Of a DNA stretch of 64,000 nucleotides, positions 8,388 through 18,491 are shown in pieces. The notes beneath the pieces were generated by a model, which saw only the letters and a program-made list of their open reading frames with translations, searched no databases and was not told where the DNA came from. Source of the DNA: a virus (taxonomy: Duplodnaviria; Caudoviricetes); IMG/VR virus record IMGVR_UViG_3300033073_001761, positions 4,547 through 68,546 of that record. One strand, 5' to 3'. The position numbers and the translations under genes were made by a program. How positions within the stretch are numbered: position 1 is the first letter of the stretch; each line of letters opens with the position of its first letter.

Positions 8388-9452
8388 TTACCAAGGTTGG
8401 GCAGTTCGCAGTAGCGAGTTCTTTTGCTGAATCCGAAAGCCCATCTTTATGCCGGCGGGAGAAGGTGCCATCGCCCTCGCCCCCATCAACTCACGAATCG
8501 GCGTCAGCCCCATCGCGACAAACCCTTGCCCCTGCTTCAGCAATTTTCGCGGCGGGGCTTGCATGCGGAAGGGATTCTTCGGCGGTTGGCCAGTCTTTAG
8601 CCACTCTTCCGCCTCGCCGACGCCAAGTTTCGCAGCATCCTTGATCGTCAAAGGAAAGACGTTACAACGACAATTGAAGTGTCTGACGGGTTTCAATTTC
8701 GCGTAAACAGGATCGTCCGCTCGATAAACTGACGTGCCATCAATCCCGGCCGTCGCGAAATACTGGCATAACTTCGTTCGCCGGCCATCCGCAATCGACG
8801 AATCGTACAGATACGGAAACGCCTCGCCGACAATCGGATCGTCTAATACTCGCTCCAGTCCGTCGTGGTAGCTTTGGTTGACGGCCACTCGGTACACTGT
8901 CTCCAGGTGCGCGTCAGACAGTGGAGAACCTTCGCCGGCGACAGCTTCGGCGATCATTTCTTTGGCTTTCGCGATCGACGGACCCTCGGCCAAAATCTCG
9001 GTAATTGCCGTCTGGATTCGCTCGATCACGTCTTCGGAGTGTTGGCCCGAAACGGTGAAGTGCTTGTCTCGCTGCTCCGAATCCAGAGCATAGAACTCTT
9101 CGGCGGTCAGGATGCCGCGATTGCTCAACGCCTGAATCGCGGCCGCAGTTTTCGGAAACTTCGCGACCTCGGCCAAGTCGGTCATTTCACGGCCGCTGAA
9201 TCGTCTTGCCGGAATAGACGCGGCCGCATCGCCGGCGGAACGGAGATACGCTTGCAAAGCCGTGTCGGCAACCTGGTCGCTAAAAATCCCCTCATATTCC
9301 GTGAGAATCTCAGTTACTCGCCGGTCGAGTTCTTCGGGCGGCAATACCTTTGGATCGCCGATACGCGAGTTGAGCTCACCGATCAGCGACTGGACAATCG
9401 CAGAGTGCTGAGTAATCGCGTCGTTGATTAGCCGGCGGTAATCTGGGGTCAT
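8388..9452 (-). CDS. Phage Mu F-like minor head (morphogenesis) protein
   Basis: HLETVYRVAVNQSYHDG; DGRRTKLC; PVRHFNCRC (MuF P.HxNCRC motif). Confidence 0.85.
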   Translation of the reverse strand: MTPDYRRLINDAITQHSAIVQSLIGELNSRIGDPKVLPPEELDRRVTEILTEYEGIFSDQVADTALQAYLRSAGDAAASIPARRFSGREMTDLAEVAKFPKTAAAIQALSNRGILTAEEFYALDSEQRDKHFTVSGQHSEDVIERIQTAITEILAEGPSIAKAKEMIAEAVAGEGSPLSDAHLETVYRVAVNQSYHDGLERVLDDPIVGEAFPYLYDSSIADGRRTKLCQYFATAGIDGTSVYRADDPVYAKLKPVRHFNCRCNVFPLTIKDAAKLGVGEAEEWLKTGQPPKNPFRMQAPPRKLLKQGQGFVAMGLTPIRELMGARAMAPSPAGIKMGFRIQQKNSLLRTAQPW

Positions 9453-9480
9453 GGGTTAAGCTCGCTGCTGCTGCTGCTAA

Positions 9481-12400
9481 TTACCAACCACGTCCACGAC
9501 GGCGGTTCATCCGATCTTCAATCGCCTTTATCAGCCGCAGCATTTGATTGTCGTTCAAACCACCCTGGAAACCAGCGAACAACACCCTGGCTCCGATTTC
9601 AGATTGTCCGAACTTACCGCCTTTCGCGTAGGCGGTTCGGTACTCTCGCCTTTGCTCCTCCTCGGACAGCTTGTCAAACTGCCGCCAAGCATGGGCAAGA
9701 TTTCGATACTTGTCGGAACGCGAGTAATCGCCGCCGACGGCATCGAAAACGGCACCAGAGAATTCGAGTTCGGTTGGCAAACCAGGGCCAGCTTTAGCCT
9801 CGGCCTTCAGTGTTTCGTCGCGATCGTACTCTTCCTGAGTGGCCGGACGATTGCCGCTCGGTTGTTTCTCGCCCGTGCGGGACTTGCGAGGGTCATACGC
9901 TTTAGTCAGCAAGTGCATGATCAGCTTTGCCTGTCGCCGATTTCTTACCTCGCCGCCAACAAAGTCGATCCCCAATTCGTCGAGCAAACCATTCAATTCA
10001 TTGTCAGAGAGTGCCGTAATATCGTTTCCGACAGCGTAAGCTTCGTCGAAGGTAAATCGATCACGATTGGCGAGTTTCCGGATACGGTCGATATTTGCCG
10101 GAGCCTTTTCAGGAGCCTTCGTTGGCTTGCCTTTTCCTTTTTCTTCGCCGATTACAATTCCGGCCTTCTCGACGATATTCTTATGATCAAACGCTAATTC
10201 CATGTCACCCAGCTTGTCAACGTCGATCCACTGAGCGTCGCTTGCGTCGTCCGACCCGCGAACGTCGTCAAGATTGGCGGCGGTTGTGCTAGGAATGTGC
10301 AACTGGAACGCCGTCGAAACTGCCCAGGCTTTCGGGTTGTCTCGCGGATCGCGGCCGCTCGGCTTTTTCTTATCGCCAAAGACGCCAACCTTGGCCATGT
10401 TGGCTTTAATCGTCTTTACGTCCAGGCCGGTTTCCTCGGCAAGCTCGCGAATCGCCGCGTCTTCGACGGATTCTCGGCCCGGCTTCCAGCGTTGGCCCTT
10501 GGGAGCGTCGGTATCATGGAACCCGCCAGGCAGAGCCCACTTACCGTTTTCCCATTTGCCCTTGCGTTTGATCAGCAGTATCTGCTTTTTCCCGTTCTTT
10601 CCGTCGCGAGTAATCACAGTATCAACCGTCGGATTAGGACCGGGCCGGTAATACGGTTGCTTTTCCGTGCCCCAGTCGCCTGGTTCCGAATCTTCTTTGG
10701 CCTTGGCCTTGGCCTTGGTTTTGGTGGTTGCGGCTTTAGTTGCTGTTGCCTTTTTGCTACCACCACCACCAGGCTTCCTGGTCACATCCCTGACCTGGCC
10801 CTCAATCCCATATTTCGTTCGATATTTCTCGGCCTGTTCTCGGTTCGGGAACCAGCGTTTTGTACCCTCGACGCGAAAGCCCATTTGCCGAGTTGGCGAC
10901 TTCTGGCTACCCTTACCTGCTCGTTTTGATTTCGATCGCTTAACCAAGTGCCGAACGATCCGCGAGACAATTTGCGAATCCTTTTCGGTTCGCTTGGCAG
11001 GTAATCCAAGCTTCGCAGATAGATCGATCAAATCGTCGAGGTGCAAGTTCTGGTAAAGACTTTGGCCGGCTTCTCTGATCTGCTTGACGCTGCCGCCATC
11101 TCTTGCGAGTAACCTCGCCGCACGCATAATCTCGTATTTTTCGGCATGCGCGTCGGCAAGTCCTTTGGCCTCGACGTGATCGTGGAGTCCAGTACCGCGA
11201 TAGTGATAGTACAGTTTCCGAAAATTGCGGGACCGAGCACTATTGTCGGTTGGCCACTCATCTTCCTCGCCCGCTTCCTCGAACTCCGGCGGTACCATCT
11301 CAAGCCATTCGTCTTCATCAGGCTTCCGGGTCACATCGACTACCTCGCCACCCGATTGCTGCGCGAATTCGCTCGCCGCGGCTTGGTCAGCAAACCAGCG
11401 ATCACCGACCTTGAAGCCCATGCGGTGCTTCTTACGTTCTTCGTAACGTTGGTTTTCTCGCACACGTTCGGCAAAATCGAAAGCATCGCCACCCATGAGC
11501 AGGTTTTCGATCCCGGCATCCAAAACGCCATCAATAGTGTCGCCCAGGTCGTCGGATGGCTCAGGCTTAGTGACAGGTGGCTGAGGTTTCTTGGCTGGCC
11601 CTTCAGCGGGCTTTCCGACTTTCGCGGCAACTTTCTCGGAGAACCTTTTCTTTCCTTGACCCTGACGGCTCACATCACGCACTTCGCCGCCGGACGCGGT
11701 CGCGTAAGCCTCCGCCTTGGCGCGATCACCAAACCATCTTTTGCCGACCTTGAAGCCCATGCGTCGAAGCGGATACCAGGTTGCCTCGACCGCGTGTTGC
11801 ACATTCCCCCGCCGGCGAGTAATTCGCGACCAGAGGGACATTCGTATCTCGTGCGTTGCCTCTGGCTGTGACCGAAAAGCGTACCGCAGAACTTTTGCAG
11901 CGGTCTCTTTCGCAGCCATAGAAATATCGGGGTGCTGGCCGCGCAAGTGTCGCAAACGATCACCGAGCCCAACAGCTGAAATCGCGGTGTCCGGGTGTCC
12001 GATCCCACCGCGAGCAATATCGAGAGCGACTTGCCCGGCTGCTTGCGCGGCCTGCAACGCGACAATCTGCGGGTGTTCTTCCGGCGTGCCGCTCTGCGTG
12101 AGCCGCTGCCGCGTAACGGCAAGATCGCGAACCGCAGCTTCGATCTCACTTGCCGGCACGCGACCGGGCCGAACGCCAGCTTCGCGGATCAATCGTAGTG
12201 CCAGCAACGGCCGCTGATCGGCCTTTTGCCCGCCAAGCGAAAACGTCGATCGTTGCCGAATCGTTAGTATTTCCTGCTCCGCGTCGTCAAGGGACGCAGC
12301 GACGGTGGCCTGCAACCGCTGGTGTGGTGCCATTCGGCTCAAGGTCAAGCCAATCACACCAGGCCAAGCACCGTGGACGACACCCGAGGCGATCGCGTGC

Positions 12401-14358
12401 GCCATCTGGACATCGCCCATCGCTGCGATGGAATCGGCGCTGTCCATCCAGGATTGGTCGCTGTGCCAATCGCGGTCGGCCAATCGATCGGCGCGGTCAG
12501 CGGTAAACGGCTGCGAGTAGGCTGGGCTGGGCATCGGGCCAAGTCCAGGGCCGGCGGGAGAAGGTGCCTTCGGCGCGGCCGGTAGGTCGTCGATTAGCTC
12601 GGCTCGGTGCCCAGGCGATCGTGGCGGCGGTGGAGCCATTAGATCGACGGGCATCGGTGCAGGTGCGATCGCCGGTAATTCGGGTGACAGATAATCGACG
12701 TTTGGAACTGGTCCAGGTGGTGGTGGCGATTGCATTTTCGGTTGTGGACCAGGGCCAGGACCAAGATTAGGACGGCCGGCGGGAGAAGGTGCCCCACCAG
12801 GCGATCCTTTCGCTGCAGCCACCAGTGTCCGGGTAATCGCCTGCAGCAGCAACGGCCGCGTCGCTTTCTTTCCGTCGCCACTGCCAATATCTGCGCCCAA
12901 GCCCTCGGCCACGGCCTGGATCACCGGCACCGGTGCTTTCTCGATCACCGCGAGCTCGGCACGTGCTTCAGCCGGTGGCAGTGTCCGCACTCGCTCGACC
13001 AGTTTTTTCGCTTCGGGCACTGTCCGGATTGGCTTCGGCGGCTTCGCATTTTTCGCGATCTCGGCGGCTAGCATCTGCTGAACGCCCGGTTGAGCCCGTC
13101 GTGAGAGATACCGTTTCAACGCCTCTTTTTGGTCCACCGGTATTCCGCCCGGCGCCGTGTCCAGGCCGACTTCCGCCATGGCTGCGCGAGCCTCGGCGCC
13201 GGTCATCGAATCGATATCGCGGATCATTTGAATCGCGACTTCGGGCGGCGAAACGCCGATTTGGTCGACCGCCGAGCGGTACCGTTGAGCCGCCGACTCC
13301 CGTTGCTTTTTCCGTGTGCCTGCCTTGTCGGTGAGTGCAAATAACGCCTCGGTCGCTTGCTCGCGAGTGATCACGCCCGCGGCCAGGTCGGTCGTGATCT
13401 TGTCAATCGCCTCCTGGTCGACCATTCGCGATTTCGAGACGCTCTTGCCCTTGGCGCCCTTGCCTTTGCTCTTCCCGCCGGCCTCTTCATCGGGCGTTCC
13501 GGTCGCGAGTTCGTCGATGCCCTCCATGATCTGGTCGACAGCTTCGGTGAGCGGCTTGTCGCCGATTAGCAGATCGCGGACAATTCGGCCGATCGCACCG
13601 TGCATCGTGTTAGGCTCGACGTTGTGGAAGTGTCGAACCTTCGCGCCCTTTTTCTTCTGGTTGAGCTCCATCGCGACGCCAACTAAGTGGCTCACTGCGA
13701 TATACGGATGAATCTTGCCCTCAACCGCATCTTGGGCAATTTGGCCAACAGTCGCTACTACCTGGTCACGGCCGACCGGGCCACCGAAGTAAATCTGGCC
13801 ACTAGGCACATCTTCCGGCTGAATATCGTCAGGCCAGCCGATCGCCTTTTCGATCTCGTTTCGCCGCTTGGTCTTTGCTCGGTCAGCGGCCTGCTTTTGC
13901 TTGCTTGCCTCTTCCTTGCTCAGGAAATCGTCATACTCTCGCTCTTCGCTGAGAATGCTCTGATACACCGGATTGGACGCACGCTCCGTTGCGTCGTCGA
14001 CCTTCTTTCGGCCGAGCGCGCTTATCATTGACTGGCCAGCCAAAGGATCGGTTTCGTCGGTTTCAAACACCGTAAACCGGCCCGACCGACGAACATATTG
14101 AGGCAGATCATCTGGATGCACTTCAATCGTGTTGCCGGTTCGCTCCGAGACGTATCTTGCGCGAGCGGCCATACGCCGCATCGTCGTACCGGCCTTGGCA
14201 ACCGTGCGACGATATTGCCGATCAGGGATGACCTGTCGGCCAGCCTGAGCAAGCAAAGTCGTCGCGATTGCCGAAGGGTCGGCACCCGATCGCATGATTG
14301 CCAAAATCTGGTGGCCACCTAGCGGTCGCTGCTTGGCGTTGTCTTTAGTTTTGCCCAT
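9481..14358 (-). CDS. Giant modular (polyvalent-type) virion protein with Nudix hydrolase domain
   Basis: Nudix box GGF...GRESVEDAAIRELAEETGL; three RMGF modules; start placed at ATG 14358 (TGATG overlap with the upstream stop). Confidence 0.8.
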   Translation of the reverse strand: MGKTKDNAKQRPLGGHQILAIMRSGADPSAIATTLLAQAGRQVIPDRQYRRTVAKAGTTMRRMAARARYVSERTGNTIEVHPDDLPQYVRRSGRFTVFETDETDPLAGQSMISALGRKKVDDATERASNPVYQSILSEEREYDDFLSKEEASKQKQAADRAKTKRRNEIEKAIGWPDDIQPEDVPSGQIYFGGPVGRDQVVATVGQIAQDAVEGKIHPYIAVSHLVGVAMELNQKKKGAKVRHFHNVEPNTMHGAIGRIVRDLLIGDKPLTEAVDQIMEGIDELATGTPDEEAGGKSKGKGAKGKSVSKSRMVDQEAIDKITTDLAAGVITREQATEALFALTDKAGTRKKQRESAAQRYRSAVDQIGVSPPEVAIQMIRDIDSMTGAEARAAMAEVGLDTAPGGIPVDQKEALKRYLSRRAQPGVQQMLAAEIAKNAKPPKPIRTVPEAKKLVERVRTLPPAEARAELAVIEKAPVPVIQAVAEGLGADIGSGDGKKATRPLLLQAITRTLVAAAKGSPGGAPSPAGRPNLGPGPGPQPKMQSPPPPGPVPNVDYLSPELPAIAPAPMPVDLMAPPPPRSPGHRAELIDDLPAAPKAPSPAGPGLGPMPSPAYSQPFTADRADRLADRDWHSDQSWMDSADSIAAMGDVQMAHAIASGVVHGAWPGVIGLTLSRMAPHQRLQATVAASLDDAEQEILTIRQRSTFSLGGQKADQRPLLALRLIREAGVRPGRVPASEIEAAVRDLAVTRQRLTQSGTPEEHPQIVALQAAQAAGQVALDIARGGIGHPDTAISAVGLGDRLRHLRGQHPDISMAAKETAAKVLRYAFRSQPEATHEIRMSLWSRITRRRGNVQHAVEATWYPLRRMGFKVGKRWFGDRAKAEAYATASGGEVRDVSRQGQGKKRFSEKVAAKVGKPAEGPAKKPQPPVTKPEPSDDLGDTIDGVLDAGIENLLMGGDAFDFAERVRENQRYEERKKHRMGFKVGDRWFADQAAASEFAQQSGGEVVDVTRKPDEDEWLEMVPPEFEEAGEEDEWPTDNSARSRNFRKLYYHYRGTGLHDHVEAKGLADAHAEKYEIMRAARLLARDGGSVKQIREAGQSLYQNLHLDDLIDLSAKLGLPAKRTEKDSQIVSRIVRHLVKRSKSKRAGKGSQKSPTRQMGFRVEGTKRWFPNREQAEKYRTKYGIEGQVRDVTRKPGGGGSKKATATKAATTKTKAKAKAKEDSEPGDWGTEKQPYYRPGPNPTVDTVITRDGKNGKKQILLIKRKGKWENGKWALPGGFHDTDAPKGQRWKPGRESVEDAAIRELAEETGLDVKTIKANMAKVGVFGDKKKPSGRDPRDNPKAWAVSTAFQLHIPSTTAANLDDVRGSDDASDAQWIDVDKLGDMELAFDHKNIVEKAGIVIGEEKGKGKPTKAPEKAPANIDRIRKLANRDRFTFDEAYAVGNDITALSDNELNGLLDELGIDFVGGEVRNRRQAKLIMHLLTKAYDPRKSRTGEKQPSGNRPATQEEYDRDETLKAEAKAGPGLPTELEFSGAVFDAVGGDYSRSDKYRNLAHAWRQFDKLSEEEQRREYRTAYAKGGKFGQSEIGARVLFAGFQGGLNDNQMLRLIKAIEDRMNRRRGRGW

Positions 14359-14762
14359 CAACCGCGACTCCCTGTAACTTGCTCGCCGACCCACGCTAGG
14401 ACCGCCGGGCTGGCGTGTCTCGCGGCAATCTCCAACGCAATTTGCGATTCTGTCGCTGTGAGCCCTGACGGCAATTGCCGACGGACCATTTCAGCGAGCA
14501 CCAACTTTCGCGGCGGCGTCTTGACCGCTCGCGACAGCGACATTTGGATCACTCGGCTGGTCGATCGCAACCGGTCACGGAGCGAAAAAGCCATCCGCCG
14601 CGACAGCGGAAACCCGCCGAGCGATCGCAGGATAGCTTGACCTTCCTTAGATCGTTCGGCCGCGGCGGCCTGGCGAATAATTGCCTTGCGGTCAGACTCG
14701 GGCAGCGTGTCGATCTCGCGAAACCGACGTCGCAGCAGGATTGCGAATTTCGAGGAATCCAT
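14358..14762 (-). CDS. Small basic hypothetical protein
   Basis: 134 aa directly downstream of the portal; contains RRMAF and QMSL motifs. Confidence 0.65.
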   Translation of the reverse strand: MDSSKFAILLRRRFREIDTLPESDRKAIIRQAAAAERSKEGQAILRSLGGFPLSRRMAFSLRDRLRSTSRVIQMSLSRAVKTPPRKLVLAEMVRRQLPSGLTATESQIALEIAARHASPAVLAWVGEQVTGSRG

Positions 14763-14765
14763 GGT

Positions 14766-16028
14766 TTACCCGCCTCCGCCAAGCAACGCCGCTAACGGAT
14801 TGCCGCCGCCACCTGGACCCGGCATTCCTCCCGCCGGCCCCATCGGAGCACTCGCTTGCATCGCTGCCTGCTGTGCTTGTGGGTTCGGCAGCAAGTTATC
14901 GGGTTTGATCTCGAAATCGGCGGCGTTCTTGCCAAACTCTGCGAAAACCATCCACTCTAAGATTTGCTTTTTGATCGCTGAGCAGACCATGCGAACGTGT
15001 TTGTTGAGCGATTGGTAGAACATCAGTTGTGGAACACGCCGACCGGCCAGAGCACCCGTAGATTCTTGAGCCTCGATCACCTCGGGCGAAATCTCCATCG
15101 CCTTCAGGATTCGCGATTCAAGATACTCGCAATGCTCGATGAACATTTGACCGTTGCCGAACATTTGCGGCGATTCTAGTTCCCACTCCGGTTTTCCGTT
15201 GGAATCTTTGGTGTTCGGCAACTGCACTGACCCGTTGGTGGCGAGTGCGTCGATCACCTCGCGGGCGTAATCGATCGCCTGGAGTTTCCGCCCGTCGGCA
15301 AGGGTGACGGTGCCTTCGGGGTAGCGGATCATGTGGGCGAGCGACGCGCACTTGTAGTACCAGACTCGCCGATTTTCCGTGGCGCCGTCTTCGCCATGGA
15401 GTTCCAGAAATGGTACGTGCGCCCCGAACAAATGGGACAGCCCGTAATATGGATCTTCGTCGGCACGGTAGATGACGTGCAGGAACTTGCCGCGAGTCTT
15501 GATTTCGCCGGTCTTGCTAACACCCTGGTTGCGATCGATTTTGATGCCGGCGATTCGGCCACTTTTCTTGTAGGTCAGGATTCGCACAGTCTCAGGTGGC
15601 CACCAGACCAGCCGGCGGTAGGCGATTTCGCCATCGCGGATTTCGTACTCCACTTCCGAGGTTGAAAATCCGTGAGCGATTGCTTTCAGGATTAGGTGCA
15701 AATCTTGCGACCAGAGCCGCTGAAGGTTCTTGGCCACAAACGCGGCAACTTCGTCGTCTTCCGATTCGACACGAAGGTAGTAGTTCGCCGGCAACGGCTG
15801 CTCATCCGGCTGCAAAACCTGCATCTGCTCGATCGGTGCAAGGATATAACCGAGCCCAATTCGAACGGTCGGCTCGACCCAGATCATTCGGTAGCACTGA
15901 GTCCAAGACCAGGCAGGCAAATCCCAGGAAGCGAGCCGAAACCGAGTGTACGACGTGATGGGCACCCGCACGCCGCTGGAGCGCACAAGATCAGATTTGA
16001 CGTCGTCGGGGTCGAGTGACTTGGCCAT
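14766..16028 (-). CDS. Portal protein (Mu gp29/DUF935-like)
   Basis: 420 aa; ILKAIAHGFSTSEVEY, DPYYGLSHL, IRYPEG patterns; lies upstream of MuF. Confidence 0.72.
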   Translation of the reverse strand: MAKSLDPDDVKSDLVRSSGVRVPITSYTRFRLASWDLPAWSWTQCYRMIWVEPTVRIGLGYILAPIEQMQVLQPDEQPLPANYYLRVESEDDEVAAFVAKNLQRLWSQDLHLILKAIAHGFSTSEVEYEIRDGEIAYRRLVWWPPETVRILTYKKSGRIAGIKIDRNQGVSKTGEIKTRGKFLHVIYRADEDPYYGLSHLFGAHVPFLELHGEDGATENRRVWYYKCASLAHMIRYPEGTVTLADGRKLQAIDYAREVIDALATNGSVQLPNTKDSNGKPEWELESPQMFGNGQMFIEHCEYLESRILKAMEISPEVIEAQESTGALAGRRVPQLMFYQSLNKHVRMVCSAIKKQILEWMVFAEFGKNAADFEIKPDNLLPNPQAQQAAMQASAPMGPAGGMPGPGGGGNPLAALLGGGG

Positions 16029-16069
16029 ATCCGGGATTATCCGGGTCGGCCAGAATTATTTGCGAGGGA

Positions 16070-16489
16070 TTATTCGTCAGGTAGAGTTGGATTGGCAAAG
16101 CATAAATAAGGTGCGAAAGCACGATGCAAAGGGGATGGGCCATAATGCGAGTCTTCGTCGCTGCGGTGTTCGTCGATCGAGAGCAACATCGCGAGAGTCA
16201 GCCTCTCAGTCTGCAACGAGTTCGGTTTCCGCAATCGCCTGCGTCGCCAAAATGACGCCAGGTTCTCAATGAGCGTCTTGGATATTCGTTGCTGAGATGC
16301 CTCATTTAAGAGTGCAAGGGTTTCCCCGTACTGTCGCCACGCTGCTGCCCAGGAATCGCAGCCCTTTTCCTCCAGCCAGTCGGCATAGACCAACGCCGCG
16401 TTTTTTGCGGCCTCCGCATCGCTCTTGGCTAACTCGCCAACAATCTTCTCGACAAAGTGCCGCCCGGTCAGGTTTTCCGCCACTTGCAA
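16070..16489 (-). CDS. TIGR02996-like domain protein
   Basis: ALVYADWLEEKG matches the TIGR02996 core RLVYADWLEE. Confidence 0.55.
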   Translation of the reverse strand: MQVAENLTGRHFVEKIVGELAKSDAEAAKNAALVYADWLEEKGCDSWAAAWRQYGETLALLNEASQQRISKTLIENLASFWRRRRLRKPNSLQTERLTLAMLLSIDEHRSDEDSHYGPSPLHRAFAPYLCFANPTLPDE

Positions 16490-16579
16490 CCCCTTGCCGA
16501 TCTTGCTTACACTATTTCGGTCGGCCAGTCGTTGGGACCAGCGACCAATTATACTCTTGCCCCGGATGAAAGCAGCACA

Positions 16580-17221
16580 ATGGCCAAAATCAAGCGGCGG
16601 ATCGGTAACGCCGGTCGCCCCCGCAAATCTGACCTAATCCACGACGAACGCCCGCAGGCCACGGAAAATCTGGTCTGGCTAATGCGCCAAGCTGGAGACA
16701 CACCCAAAACGCTCTCGGAAAAGATCAACAGCAGCGGGCTGACCAAACAGCGGGTGACCCGCCAGCAGATCGCGCAACTAATCCACCGGATGCCATTGAA
16801 GCGCACCGCTCGCCCCGAAATCGCCGCGATTGCAAGGTATTACGGGTACACGATGGATCAAATCTACGGCGAGGATTTGGCCGGCGGGGGAAGGATGCCC
16901 ACGGCTCAGGCAGCAGCGATGATTGCCGCGCGAACGGTAGCGATGGCAAGAGAAGCGAAGGAGCCGAAAGAAGCGAAGGAAGCGACGCTCTTTGATGAGC
17001 CAGATACTGCTGCCGCTGCGACCACGGCTACTGTCGCTGCGACCGCGGCACCTTCTCCCGCCGGCCCTAACTCCGAGATTGACCAATTCTTGGCAACCGC
17101 GCGAAAACTGGCAACACTTTCGGCCGTGGCAAGCGGTGCAGCTGCCGAATCAGGGCCAGATCGGGCGTGGTTGAGTCGGGCGGAACAGTTGGCCGAGGCG
17201 TTTCGAGGGCTAGTGCGATGA
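16580..17221 (+). CDS. XRE-type HTH transcriptional regulator
   Basis: NLVWLMRQAG...TLSEKI...VTRQQIAQLI...IAAIARYYGYTMDQI; start moved to ATG 16580. Confidence 0.7.
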   Translation: MAKIKRRIGNAGRPRKSDLIHDERPQATENLVWLMRQAGDTPKTLSEKINSSGLTKQRVTRQQIAQLIHRMPLKRTARPEIAAIARYYGYTMDQIYGEDLAGGGRMPTAQAAAMIAARTVAMAREAKEPKEAKEATLFDEPDTAAAATTATVAATAAPSPAGPNSEIDQFLATARKLATLSAVASGAAAESGPDRAWLSRAEQLAEAFRGLVR

Positions 17222-17946
17222 GTTTTCCACATCAGCAGTTTGCGAGGTACATTCAGCAGCAATGCGACAGCAAGCAAGATATCGACCAGAACGGGCTCGA
17301 TGAGCGTGGCGGGCTTTACCCGATCATGCAAGATTTTCTCGGCTACCATTATCCGATGAACCAATTTGTATTTGAGCGTGAGAAGTTCCGGCCTGTTGAG
17401 TTTGGTGGAAAGTCGGCTATCGACTTCTCGATCTATCCCAACCAAGGCGGCGACAGCAAGAGAATCATGATCGCCGAAGCAAAGTTCATGCGTGATCCAA
17501 AACGCGCGTGGGGCGAAGAAATCTTGAACGACATTTTCCGCGTCGCTTGCGTTAGACGCGACGTGACGAACAATGCGGAAAGACTGGTAGTTGTCGCTGG
17601 CCAAGAGCAATGCTGGAATAAGGCACTTTCTCAAGAGTATCGGCTAATGCGGCTGATTTGCCCTCTCGATCGGCCCGTCAAAGGTGAACCAGCTCCGCCA
17701 CTTTCCTTCCCTATCAAATTGCAGAAGGAACTTGATCCGGCATTCCTGCAAGATCACTTCGGATTTAACTTAAGGAATGAAATCCATGACAAGCTCCCAG
17801 AGTCAATGGAAATTGTGTGCGTTGGCTGCGTCCGATCCAGCCGAGCTATGGACGACAACCCGCAGCAAGGGATATCGGTACTGATCTGGAAGATTGATCC
17901 GAAGTTCAGCAAGAATGATTCAAGTGAATTACCGTTGCGAGATTAA
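17218..17946 (+). CDS. PD-(D/E)XK nuclease-like moron protein
   Basis: E...IDFSI...MIAEAK motif; ATGA coupling to the HTH gene; opposite strand; looks lower in GC. Confidence 0.55.
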   Translation: MSFPHQQFARYIQQQCDSKQDIDQNGLDERGGLYPIMQDFLGYHYPMNQFVFEREKFRPVEFGGKSAIDFSIYPNQGGDSKRIMIAEAKFMRDPKRAWGEEILNDIFRVACVRRDVTNNAERLVVVAGQEQCWNKALSQEYRLMRLICPLDRPVKGEPAPPLSFPIKLQKELDPAFLQDHFGFNLRNEIHDKLPESMEIVCVGCVRSSRAMDDNPQQGISVLIWKIDPKFSKNDSSELPLRD

Positions 17947-17948
17947 AC

Positions 17949-18491
17949 ATGGGACGCCCTAAGAAACCAAAGCAACCGACACCACCGTCTGATCCATTTG
18001 GCGATGGCGGTGATCATGAACCGCTTGATTTATCCGCGGAAAACGAAAGCGTTAACATTGACATTCCTGAAACCCAGGAACCAAAGTTGGCCGTGCCTTT
18101 GTCGCCTTCGCCACCATTGGACACCAAGTTCTGCAGCGAATGCGGCGAGAAGATTCGTCGAAAAGCGGAGATTTGCCCGAAATGCGGGTGTAGGCAGGGC
18201 AGCGAGGAACCGACAGCTTCAATCAAACCGGTAGGCCGAGAGTTCGAGAATCGCCGACTTATGACTGGTGGACTTTGCTTGTTTCTTGGTGCCCTCGGCA
18301 CCCACCATTTCTACAGAGGAAGCTACATCCTCGGAGCTATTTACTTGGCGATCACACTTCTTGACAACACCGTTGGGAATGAACGATATACCCGAGCAGT
18401 TGTGGCTATATGTATGGCCGAGTCTGTTTTTTACTTCACCATGTCGTCAAAGTACTTTGCCGAAAACATTTGGCTAAGAGAAAGCGATTAG
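17949..18491 (+). CDS. Zn-ribbon plus TM2-domain membrane protein
   Basis: KFCSECG...CPKCG double ribbon; LCLFLGALGTHHFYRG TM2 motif. Confidence 0.8.
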   Translation: MGRPKKPKQPTPPSDPFGDGGDHEPLDLSAENESVNIDIPETQEPKLAVPLSPSPPLDTKFCSECGEKIRRKAEICPKCGCRQGSEEPTASIKPVGREFENRRLMTGGLCLFLGALGTHHFYRGSYILGAIYLAITLLDNTVGNERYTRAVVAICMAESVFYFTMSSKYFAENIWLRESD

